A stretch of DNA of 64,000 bases from Pseudomonadota bacterium (GTDB lineage: Bacteria > Myxococcota > JACRCW01 > JAFGSX01): NCBI GenBank assembly GCA_043821645.1, contig JBDRCO010000037.1, forward strand, positions 224,001-288,000, written 5' to 3'. The notes below the pieces were generated by a model that ran no database searches, had not been told where the DNA came from, and saw nothing but the letters and a program-made list of their open reading frames with translations. The translations under genes were made by a program, and so were the position numbers. Positions 56,015 to 64,000 of this stretch are shown here, in pieces; within the stretch, counting starts at the first letter, position 1; each line of letters starts with the position of its first letter.

Positions 56015-57289
56015 ATGAACTACCGCGACGTCCTGGAAGCTCTGCGCGAACGCTCCGGCGGCGGATCCATCTACACCCTGGATCGCATGGCGCTGCTGCT
56101 CGACGCACTGGGGCACCCCGAGCGACGCTACCCGACCTGGCTGGTGGCCGGCACCAATGGCAAGGGCTCGGTGGCCGCCATGCTCGAAGCCATCGCGCGC
56201 GAGGCCGGGCTGCGCACGGGGCTCAACACCTCGCCGCACCTCAACCGGCTGAGCGAGCGCATTCGCGTCGGCGGTGACGAACTCCGCGAGCCCGAGCTGG
56301 TCGTCCTCTTCGAGCGGGTCGAGGCGGCACGGCGCAGCGCGGGTATCGACATCACCTTCTTCGAGACGGTCACGGCCATGGCCATGCTGGGCTTCGCCGA
56401 GCACGGCGTGACGCGCGGGGTGTTCGAGGTCGGCCTGGGTGGCCGGCTCGACGCCACCAACCTGCTGGATCCGCAGGTGAGCGCCGTGGTCAGCATCGAT
56501 CTCGACCACGTGGGCATTTTGGGCGAGACCCGCGATCGCATTGCCCGCGAGAAGGCGGCCATCGCACGTCGTGGGCGGCCGCTGGTGCTGGGGCTGCTGG
56601 GGGCAGAGGCCATGACCGCCAGCCTCGAGGTGGCCGCGCGCATCGGCGCCAGGGTGGTGCAGGCCGAGACGCACCTGCGGGATCTGCAGCACGATGCGCC
56701 GCGCATCGAGCATCCCCTCGGCTGCGTGGCGTTGCAGCCCGCGTTGCAGGGGCCCCACCAGCTCGCCAATGCGGCCGTGGCGGCCCTGGTCGCCCTGGAG
56801 AGTGGTCTGCCTGCCGAGCTCATCGCCCGCGGTATTGCGGCGACGCGCTGGAAAGGCCGGATGGAAAGGGTCGACAGGGGAGGGCGCCCCTACCTGCTGG
56901 ACTGCGCCCACAACGAGGCTGGCGCGCTCGCCCTGGGCCACGCCCTGCACGGCCAGGTCCACGGCTACGAGCTGGTGCTCGCCACCAGTGGCGGACGCGA
57001 TACCGCAGCCTTCGTGCGAGCGCTTGCCCGGGGCCTAGGCTGGCCTGCCGCGGTGCAAACCTGCCAGCCGAGTGGGCACAGGTTGATCCCGGCGACCGAG
57101 GTTCGCGATCGCGTGAGCCAGGCTCTGCCTCCGGGGATAGACATCGCCACCGCCGCCTCGGTGCCGCAGGCCCTCGAGCGTGCCCCCCGTGCACCGCTGT
57201 GCCTGGTCACCGGGTCCATCTTCCTGGTCGCCGAGGCCCTGGCCGAGTTGCGCGGCGAGGCGCAGGATCCCTTCGCCACCGGCCGGTAA
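56015..57289 (+). CDS. folC: Folylpolyglutamate synthase / dihydrofolate synthase
   Basis: AGTNGKGS, TSPHL, ERIR, TFFE, EVGLGGRLDATN, DLDH, LDCAHN, TGSIFLV. Confidence 0.95.
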   Translation: MNYRDVLEALRERSGGGSIYTLDRMALLLDALGHPERRYPTWLVAGTNGKGSVAAMLEAIAREAGLRTGLNTSPHLNRLSERIRVGGDELREPELVVLFERVEAARRSAGIDITFFETVTAMAMLGFAEHGVTRGVFEVGLGGRLDATNLLDPQVSAVVSIDLDHVGILGETRDRIAREKAAIARRGRPLVLGLLGAEAMTASLEVAARIGARVVQAETHLRDLQHDAPRIEHPLGCVALQPALQGPHQLANAAVAALVALESGLPAELIARGIAATRWKGRMERVDRGGRPYLLDCAHNEAGALALGHALHGQVHGYELVLATSGGRDTAAFVRALARGLGWPAAVQTCQPSGHRLIPATEVRDRVSQALPPGIDIATAASVPQALERAPRAPLCLVTGSIFLVAEALAELRGEAQDPFATGR

Positions 57290-57578
57290 GCGCACCCGTC
57301 CGGAGTCACGCAGATGTCAGGGGGTTGGGGCCGCTGCTTGAAGCACAGTTGATGTGGGTCTTGAAGCCTGTCCAGATTCTGGTGACGGTTCGCACGGTGG
57401 CCAGCCCGACCTCAAGCGGCGCCTGAACAGTGCTTGAACTCATCTCTGTAACTCCATGAAATACAAATCATCCGTACCTGGGTATGCCGAAAAGTTGCTG
57501 CGCTGGGTGGGCGCTGTTAGCCTTGGGCAGCACGGGCATTGCCCACAGGTGATCATGCCCGCTGTGCGAGGTGAACAG

Positions 57579-58403
57579 ATGGCGCGGTTCAATGGGATGG
57601 CGAGCCTGGCGATGCTGAGTGTGCTGACCCTGGGCGGCAAGGCCGGGGCCGACTCCACCAACACGATCTCGGCGGTGCAGATGGCGCGCGACGCCGCGGG
57701 GCGGACCATACGCATCCGCGGATCCACCCAGCCGACTTTTCAGCGCTTCACGTTGAACGACCCCTTCCGACTGGTGCTCGATTTCGTGGACGCCTCGATC
57801 AGCGGCGTGCCGGCCTACACCTCGGTGGGTGACAGCCTGATCGAGAGCATCAAGGTCGAGGACCAGGGCGTGAGCGGTTCCAGCCTGAGCCGGGTGATGG
57901 TGACCTTCCGACAGGAGACGGACTTCCGTGTGTCGACCGAGGGCACCGACGTGATCATTGCAATGAACGGCGCTGGCGCCGCAGGCGATGTCGCGGAGCG
58001 CCCCGAGCCGGTGACCACCCTGGCCCAGGCCGATACCGGCGGCGAGACCAGCAACGACGTGTCCCTGGACGGATCCACCCGCGCCGTGAGCATGGTGGGT
58101 TTCCGCTTTCATCAGGACGTGTCGCGGATCTTCGTGCGCACCAATGACAAGGTTCGCTACTCGGTGCGCGAGATGGGCGAGCGCAGCGTGGTCATCGAAC
58201 TGCAGAACACCCAGATCCCGCTGCGCAACAACGAGCGCTTTCTCGATACCCAGTACTTCGGTTCGCCGGTGCAGCTGATCCAGCCCGAGTCCATCGAGGG
58301 AGGCACGCCCACGGTTCGCATCAAGATCAATCTCAAGAACAATGTGGCCTTCACCCACAAGCAGGTTGACAACGAGATCTGGGTCGACTTCCCCAACGGC
58401 TAG
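57579..58403 (+). CDS. Periplasmic protein with two AMIN domains (start uncertain)
   Basis: SD GAGGTG; signal peptide; FTLNDPFRLVLDF..A and SRVMVTF (AMIN); second copy with VVIELQNT...VRIKINL. Confidence 0.8.
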   Translation: MARFNGMASLAMLSVLTLGGKAGADSTNTISAVQMARDAAGRTIRIRGSTQPTFQRFTLNDPFRLVLDFVDASISGVPAYTSVGDSLIESIKVEDQGVSGSSLSRVMVTFRQETDFRVSTEGTDVIIAMNGAGAAGDVAERPEPVTTLAQADTGGETSNDVSLDGSTRAVSMVGFRFHQDVSRIFVRTNDKVRYSVREMGERSVVIELQNTQIPLRNNERFLDTQYFGSPVQLIQPESIEGGTPTVRIKINLKNNVAFTHKQVDNEIWVDFPNG

Positions 58404-58530
58404 GAACCCACACCCTCGTTCCTGGCAACCCCACCTGTCCTCTCTTCCCGTTGTGTCGTCGAGCCACGCAGGGTAAAACCGGGCCTCCGGCGCAGGTCGC
58501 TGTCGCGCCACGTGCCAGAGAGGGTGAACC

Positions 58531-59247
58531 ATGCGGATCCGCACATCGCTTCGCTGGTGGGGTGCCATCGGTGGCCTGTCCCTGGCGCTGTCCTGTACGC
58601 CGGGCTCCGGCAACGACGACGACGATGCCGCGCCACAGCCCCGGCAGTGTCTGGAGCACTGTGCCCAGACCGCTGACTGCAACACCGACTTCGAGTGCCG
58701 GGGCGCTCGCTGTGTGTACACCGGGGCGGTATCCACCCCGCAGTGCACCGACGACAGCTCGTGCACACCCATCCTCAGCGGCTGGCTCGAGCTGACCACC
58801 TGCGACAGCTCCACCGCCTGCGTGTACGGGGTCTGCGTGGTGGTGGCGGGCCAGGGCCACTGCGCCATGCCGCCGCCCTGCACCGGTCTCACCGAGGTGG
58901 TCGAATGGCCAGGGCTCGACGGAAACCCGGTGAGCGCCTGCGGCCGCACGGGCTACCGCTGCAGCAGCGGCCAGTGCTGGAAGCCCTGCGCCGACGGCGA
59001 CTGTGGCGGATCCACACCGATCTGCGGCGATGACGGGCGCTGTCGCTGCGAGGGTTCGAGCTGCGACGGCAACCTCGGCGGCACGGTCTGCTTGCCCGAT
59101 GGGCACTGCGGATGCCAGGCCGGTACGGACTGCCCCGCGGACACCGCGGACACCTGCTTCTCCGGCATCTGTGGCTGCGGATCCGCTGCCATCTGCACCG
59201 ACCCCACCGTGCATACCAGCACGACCTGGGTGTGCGAGGTGCCGTGA
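58531..59247 (+). CDS. Cys-rich lipoprotein (EGF/EB-like modules)
   Basis: Lipobox ALSC; many CxxxxDC / CxxGxC motifs; GTGA overlap with lptD. Confidence 0.8.
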   Translation: MRIRTSLRWWGAIGGLSLALSCTPGSGNDDDDAAPQPRQCLEHCAQTADCNTDFECRGARCVYTGAVSTPQCTDDSSCTPILSGWLELTTCDSSTACVYGVCVVVAGQGHCAMPPPCTGLTEVVEWPGLDGNPVSACGRTGYRCSSGQCWKPCADGDCGGSTPICGDDGRCRCEGSSCDGNLGGTVCLPDGHCGCQAGTDCPADTADTCFSGICGCGSAAICTDPTVHTSTTWVCEVP

Positions 59248-61736
59248 GGCGAGCCGCGGTCAGCTCCGGGCTGGTGCTCGCCGCGCTGGCCTCCCTGGCC
59301 GCGCGCATGCCCATCGAGGTCCCGCTCATCGCCGGGCCCGAGGTGAGCGCCGATCCTGACGTGGTTCCCGTGATCCCTGGCCCGGCCACCCAGCCCAGCT
59401 TGGATCAGCCTGCCCCGGCGGGCGGAATGCGCATCCTGGCGGACCATGTGCGGTACCAGCACGGCAGCCAGGTGGTCTTCATCGAGGGTAACGTCGAGGT
59501 GCACCAGCCACCCTTCGTGGTCCTGGCCGACGAACTCCGGGTCGACTTCGCCCGCCACCGCATCGATGCCCTGGGCCGTGTTCGCGTCATCGAGCGCAAC
59601 CGCCTGATCACTTGCCGGGAGGCCAAGGTGCAGATGCCCCTGGGCCAGGCCAGCCTCCGCGACGTGCACTTCGAGATCCGTTCCACCGACGTGCCGGTGC
59701 AGCAGGCGCGAGACCTCCAGGCCATGGGGCGTTCGTGGCCAGGGGCCCTGTGGTTGTTCGGTCAGGCCTCCGAGGTGCGGCGCGAGGCCTCGGGCGCCCT
59801 GGTGCTCAAGGATGCCACGGTCACTCCCTGCGACTGCGGAGACGACGCGCCCTCCTGGAGGCTGACCTCGTCGCACATCGACGTCATCACGGATCACGGC
59901 GCCTGGGCCCGCTGGCCCGTGATCTACATTGGCGACATCCCGGTGCTGACCCTGCCGGCCTGGTACGTCCCGCTGAGCGACCGCCAAAGTGGGCTGCTGG
60001 CGCCGCGCTTCGCCCTGCGCGATGGCTTCTGGTGGATGCAGCCGGCCTACCTGACGCTCGGCCGAAGCGCAGACCTCACGGTCACGCCCGGTGTGGTGCT
60101 GCAGCGCGGGCCCCGTCTGGAACTGGAGCTGCGCTGGGCACCTGTGCGAGGCAGCGACGGCCAGGTTCAGCTCGCGGGGCAGTGGGACGAGAAGTACCTG
60201 GCGGCGCAACACGTGGACCGCAGCACGTGGTGGGGCGGCAGCACCGACACCGGCGAGTTCGTGCCGGCCACCCGCGGAGCGCTGCGCCTGTTCCATCGCA
60301 GCAGCGGCTCGGACCAGGCTGCGGTGGTGGATGTGCGCGTCACCAGCGACCGCCACGTGGCCGGCGATTTCGGCGACAGCCTGGGCGCGCGCATCGAGCC
60401 CTACGTGCGCTCCGCGGCCCAGATCTCGAAAAGACTCGGATCCGAGGTGGTGGTGGGCGCGCAGGCGGCGGCCTACCAGGATCTGAGACAGCAGCAATTG
60501 CTGTTCTTTCCCCTGCCCGGCGAGACGCCCTACCGCGCGCCGCTGCTGTTCAGCCGCCTGTTGCCAGTGGGTCTGGGCCCCGTCGTGATCGAGGGCGATG
60601 CGGATCTGCTGCGCGCCGGTCTGGTCGGCGCAGGTCCAGCCAGTCCACTTGACCCGCAGGTGCTGCACGAGGCCTGGCGGGCTGCGGCCTGGGGCCGGGC
60701 CAGCATTCCTGTACGCCTGTTCGAGGTGGTCTCGCTGAGCGCTGGCGCCGGAACCCGCCAAGCGCTGTTCCTCGACGACAGCGGCCAGGCGCGGACGGGT
60801 GGTGTGGCCCTTCTCGATGCGCGGCTGTCCACCGAATTGCACCAGGTGTACGACCTGGGCCAGCTGCTCGAGAACCTGCCGGGCGCAGACCTGGTGCCAG
60901 GGACGGGTGCAGACCGTGCCAGGACCTACACCACCCTCACCCTGCGCCACGGCATCGAACCTTATGTGCGCTACGTCGGTGTGCCTGTGCGCTTCGAGGA
61001 TGGGCGTGGTCCCTGGCCCGTGGTCGACGAGCGCGACCGCTTTCGCCCGACCCACCAGCTCCTGGCAGGTGTGCGCACCACCCTGCAGCAGACGCGAGCC
61101 CGTCGCGGGCAGCATCTGGCCGAGCTGACCCTGGCCCAGGGCCTGGATGCACGACGACTTGCCGAGGCGCTTGCGTTGACCGGTCAGGGCACGCCCGACA
61201 AGCCGGTCGAGAGGCTGCGCCTGGGTCTGTCCGACGCCTACCTGGCAGGTGTGGTGCGCTATCGCGGTCTGGCCAGCCGCCTGTTCGTGGCGGTGGATCC
61301 GGAGACCGCTCGCGTGGGCGCGCTGCTGTCGCGGATCCGCATCGCCTTCCCGAAATCGCTGACCCTGGCCCTGTCCTACGACCTGCTGGGCAGCGTGCCC
61401 ACCGATCAGCTCTACGCCGCCAACCACGAGCTGTTCGGGGACACCGCCATCCCGCTACCCGAGGTACCGCTGGCGGACAGGCTGGCTGCCTCCTGCGCCA
61501 TCTCACCGCTGCCCTCGACGCGCCTGAGTTACGGTGTGGAGCTGGCCATGCTGGCCGGTCGCCAGGGCGAGATCTTCGACCGCGTGCTCACCCACGGCGG
61601 CGAGATCGTCTACCGCTCGAGCTGCCAGTGCTGGGAGGCCGGCGCCCGGGTGCGCTTCTGGCCCGATCGAGCCTTGCCCGATGTGGGCTTCATCCTGACC
61701 ATCTCGGGGTTTGGCGAGCAGATTAGCCTTTTTTAG
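59244..61736 (+). CDS. lptD: LPS-assembly protein LptD
   Basis: OstA-like N-terminus (ILADHV..., EGNVEV, ADEL), TPCDC..PSW, P.SDRQSGLLAP, YLTLGRSADLT, C-terminal YRSSCQCW barrel strands. Confidence 0.85.
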   Translation: MRRAAVSSGLVLAALASLAARMPIEVPLIAGPEVSADPDVVPVIPGPATQPSLDQPAPAGGMRILADHVRYQHGSQVVFIEGNVEVHQPPFVVLADELRVDFARHRIDALGRVRVIERNRLITCREAKVQMPLGQASLRDVHFEIRSTDVPVQQARDLQAMGRSWPGALWLFGQASEVRREASGALVLKDATVTPCDCGDDAPSWRLTSSHIDVITDHGAWARWPVIYIGDIPVLTLPAWYVPLSDRQSGLLAPRFALRDGFWWMQPAYLTLGRSADLTVTPGVVLQRGPRLELELRWAPVRGSDGQVQLAGQWDEKYLAAQHVDRSTWWGGSTDTGEFVPATRGALRLFHRSSGSDQAAVVDVRVTSDRHVAGDFGDSLGARIEPYVRSAAQISKRLGSEVVVGAQAAAYQDLRQQQLLFFPLPGETPYRAPLLFSRLLPVGLGPVVIEGDADLLRAGLVGAGPASPLDPQVLHEAWRAAAWGRASIPVRLFEVVSLSAGAGTRQALFLDDSGQARTGGVALLDARLSTELHQVYDLGQLLENLPGADLVPGTGADRARTYTTLTLRHGIEPYVRYVGVPVRFEDGRGPWPVVDERDRFRPTHQLLAGVRTTLQQTRARRGQHLAELTLAQGLDARRLAEALALTGQGTPDKPVERLRLGLSDAYLAGVVRYRGLASRLFVAVDPETARVGALLSRIRIAFPKSLTLALSYDLLGSVPTDQLYAANHELFGDTAIPLPEVPLADRLAASCAISPLPSTRLSYGVELAMLAGRQGEIFDRVLTHGGEIVYRSSCQCWEAGARVRFWPDRALPDVGFILTISGFGEQISLF

Positions 61737-61865
61737 GGGGCGTCGGGCGCCCCCTGTGCTGGCTGACAGGGAGCCCCCGCTCTCGAACCCGTTCTGCACG
61801 TTGCGTGTAGGCGAGCCCATGGTCTTCGTGTAGGAAGGCTGCAACCACCTGGGGGTCACCGCATC

Positions 61866-63455
61866 ATGAACAAGATCATCGCGCTCCTCATCATGCTCGC
61901 CCTCTTTGGCTGCAAGTCCGAGCCCCGGATTGTCGACGAGGCCTCGGTGTACGCCAAGGTCAAGAAATACGTGGCGGGCAACGCCGCCAATCTGCTCCAG
62001 CCCGAGCGGCTGCCCCCCATGGTGCTCACGACCTATGGGGTCCCCAGCCACGAGCAGGCGCGTTTTTTGGAGATCTACCGGCGTTTCCTCGACTACCGCG
62101 CTCGGCTGCCACAAGAACTGCAGCGTGCGGACGCCGCCATGGAGATGACCCTCGAGCTGTCGCAGGACGACCCCGGGGACGCACTGCTCGGCGTCACCGT
62201 GCCAAGGGCGCCCACTGCTGATGACCCCGCCTACGTGGCTTACCTGCTGCATCTGGGACCGGGTGTGGATAGCGCAGCCGTCGCGGACCCCGGCTACGTG
62301 GGGCAGCTGGCCGGGCTGTTCCAGGTGACGCCTCGCGCCATACAACGCGGCCTGTGGATCGCGCTGCAGCAGGACCAGGACAGCCTGGCCAATGCCCTGG
62401 TCGGATTCATGGAAGGCGAGCTCAAGAAGGGCACCACGCTCACCCCGGACAGCTTCGCGGACAAGGTGCTGGTACCCTTCTTCACCTACGTGAGCAGGGG
62501 CTTCACGCTGACACCGGAAAACGAGGCCGCCATCGCCGAGGGCTTCGGACGAACTCTCGGCGACCCCAAAGAATTCGAAAAAGTCTTCGAGGAGTTGCGT
62601 TACCACCTCAACGGCGAGGAACCTCAGGTCCGGCGCCTGCACGCGCTCAACGCCAAGCTGCTCGAGAAAGACCTGTTTTTCTATCTGGTGCCGGGCCAGC
62701 TCACGCTGTATCGACCGCATCCCTACCGCATCGATATCGGCCGCAAGGACCTTGTGGGCATCCGCGCCCTGAAGGCTCGCGGCCCGGCGCTGCGGCGGCC
62801 CTTTGCAGGATGCTGGCCCTATGCAGACCGCGAGATCTTCTTGCCCGTGGAGCTGGTGGCCAGTCAGCGCGACGTCACCCGCGCGCTCATCGAGCACGGG
62901 ACCCTGCCCTTTGCCACCACCCCGGAGTCCGAGCAGCTGTGGCGGGATCAGGGACTGGAGCTCGACGCCGCCAGGGTGAAGTCGCTCTACCAGGGACTCG
63001 CGGGCAAGGCCTTCGAGGGTGCTCAGGATGCAACCCTGCTCGCCGATCTGTTCTTCGACGCCGCCGTGATGCAGTCGCGCTGCCAGGTGGACCTGGGACC
63101 GGGCAGCGGCCTGGACAGCCTCGATGTCGCGATCGCCGCCCACGGCGCGCAGATCACCTCGGGTCGCCGCCCCGAGCTGCACCTGCTCACCTTCATCCAG
63201 GACGTGCAGGAGCAGCGCCAGAAGAGCACCGACATCGATCACAACAAGCGGCTGGACGCCGTGCTTGGCACCCTTTGGAAGATGGCCCTGCAGCGGCAGG
63301 CAGATGCCCTGAACCGCGACGGGCTGCGCAAGGCCATGCGCGCGTTTCACGATGCGCACCGCACGCTCAAGGGCAACAAGCCACTACCTGCGCTGGCGAC
63401 CTTCGAGCGCGACATCGTCCAGACCCATCTCGCCGGCGCGCCCGCGCTTCCCTGA
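61866..63455 (+). CDS. Hypothetical lipoprotein (529 aa)
   Basis: MNKIIALLIMLALFGC lipobox; long ORF with host-like codon usage; no motif recognised. Confidence 0.8.
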   Translation: MNKIIALLIMLALFGCKSEPRIVDEASVYAKVKKYVAGNAANLLQPERLPPMVLTTYGVPSHEQARFLEIYRRFLDYRARLPQELQRADAAMEMTLELSQDDPGDALLGVTVPRAPTADDPAYVAYLLHLGPGVDSAAVADPGYVGQLAGLFQVTPRAIQRGLWIALQQDQDSLANALVGFMEGELKKGTTLTPDSFADKVLVPFFTYVSRGFTLTPENEAAIAEGFGRTLGDPKEFEKVFEELRYHLNGEEPQVRRLHALNAKLLEKDLFFYLVPGQLTLYRPHPYRIDIGRKDLVGIRALKARGPALRRPFAGCWPYADREIFLPVELVASQRDVTRALIEHGTLPFATTPESEQLWRDQGLELDAARVKSLYQGLAGKAFEGAQDATLLADLFFDAAVMQSRCQVDLGPGSGLDSLDVAIAAHGAQITSGRRPELHLLTFIQDVQEQRQKSTDIDHNKRLDAVLGTLWKMALQRQADALNRDGLRKAMRAFHDAHRTLKGNKPLPALATFERDIVQTHLAGAPALP

Positions 63456-63849
63456 CCGGGGACAGCTCCGGATCCGGGGAGAAAGGCCGTGCAGCCCCCT
63501 GTCCTCTCTTGTCGCCGGCCCTTGGTCCCCCCAGCTTGAATTCCTCCCGTGGCCCTTGCGCACGGGCTTGTCACCTTGCGTGGTGGCACGTAAGGTCCCC
63601 CGGCCGCGTCACCGGAGCACGGGCCAGCGAGGACCATGTGTGTGAACGCAGGAACACGAGCCCAGGCATGACGACAGGACGACCAGACCGCACCCTGTGT
63701 GTCCCCGACACCGGGACACCGCACCCCGGACGCGCTAGCGCGGTGTGCCGGCGCCCGCCCCCCTGAGACACGCTCGCTTCTGAGTTCCGACGACGACAAC
63801 CCGGAGCCGGTTGCCGGCGCCCACCAGGGCGGGCTGGCGAGAGGGCGAC

Positions 63850-64000
63850 ATGACCGAGGCAGAGCTCAACAAGTTGCGCACCAAGATCGGGCGGCGCCGC
63901 ACCTTTGCGATCATCTCCCACCCCGACGCGGGCAAGACCACGCTCACCGAGAAGCTGCTGCTGTACGGCGGAGCCATCCACCTGGCCGGCTCGGTCAAGC
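63850..64000 (+). CDS. prfC: Peptide chain release factor 3; 3'-truncated by the window edge
   Basis: [50 protein letters not shown]; absent from the ORF track because no stop lies inside the window. Confidence 0.95.
   Translation, partial: MTEAELNKLRTKIGRRRTFAIISHPDAGKTTLTEKLLLYGGAIHLAGSVK

Noticed and set aside
61735-61755. Hairpin AGGGGGCG-TCGGG-CGCCCCCT after lptD as an intrinsic terminator
   Set aside because: No U-tract 3' of the stem on either strand, so function cannot be supported.

Overview
High-GC bacterial chromosomal window of Myxococcota/deltaproteobacterial character. That assignment is an inference from gene content: a giant AgmK-like TPR protein, PEGA, FHA and Ser/Thr kinase proteins, Cys-rich lipoproteins, tilS-ftsH-folP-cdaA-cdaR-glmM and accD-folC...lptD. 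About 50 CDS are supported. I saw no rRNA, tRNA, CRISPR array, transposase or prophage. Housekeeping genes (ftcd/hutI, rpsT, tilS, ftsH, folP, cdaA, glmM, scoA/B, lipA, accD, folC, lptD, prfC) alternate with envelope and surface-protein genes. The best hidden signal is a 74-aa glutaredoxin-like gene at 19880-20104, missed by the ORF track, with two in-frame UGA codons each followed by a SECIS-like hairpin (Uxx-star-type double selenoprotein). It sits directly behind a cobalamin-type radical SAM gene and converges on a D-cysteine desulfhydrase-family gene. Other notable items are a stand-alone sigma70 region-4 mimic behind an AT-rich island, a Fic protein lacking its catalytic motif, two lipoprotein + CsgG/TolB_N-like partner pairs, and a divergent pair of apparently leaderless 8-Cys-module lipoproteins. 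All calls are by-eye motif recognition; no searches were run.
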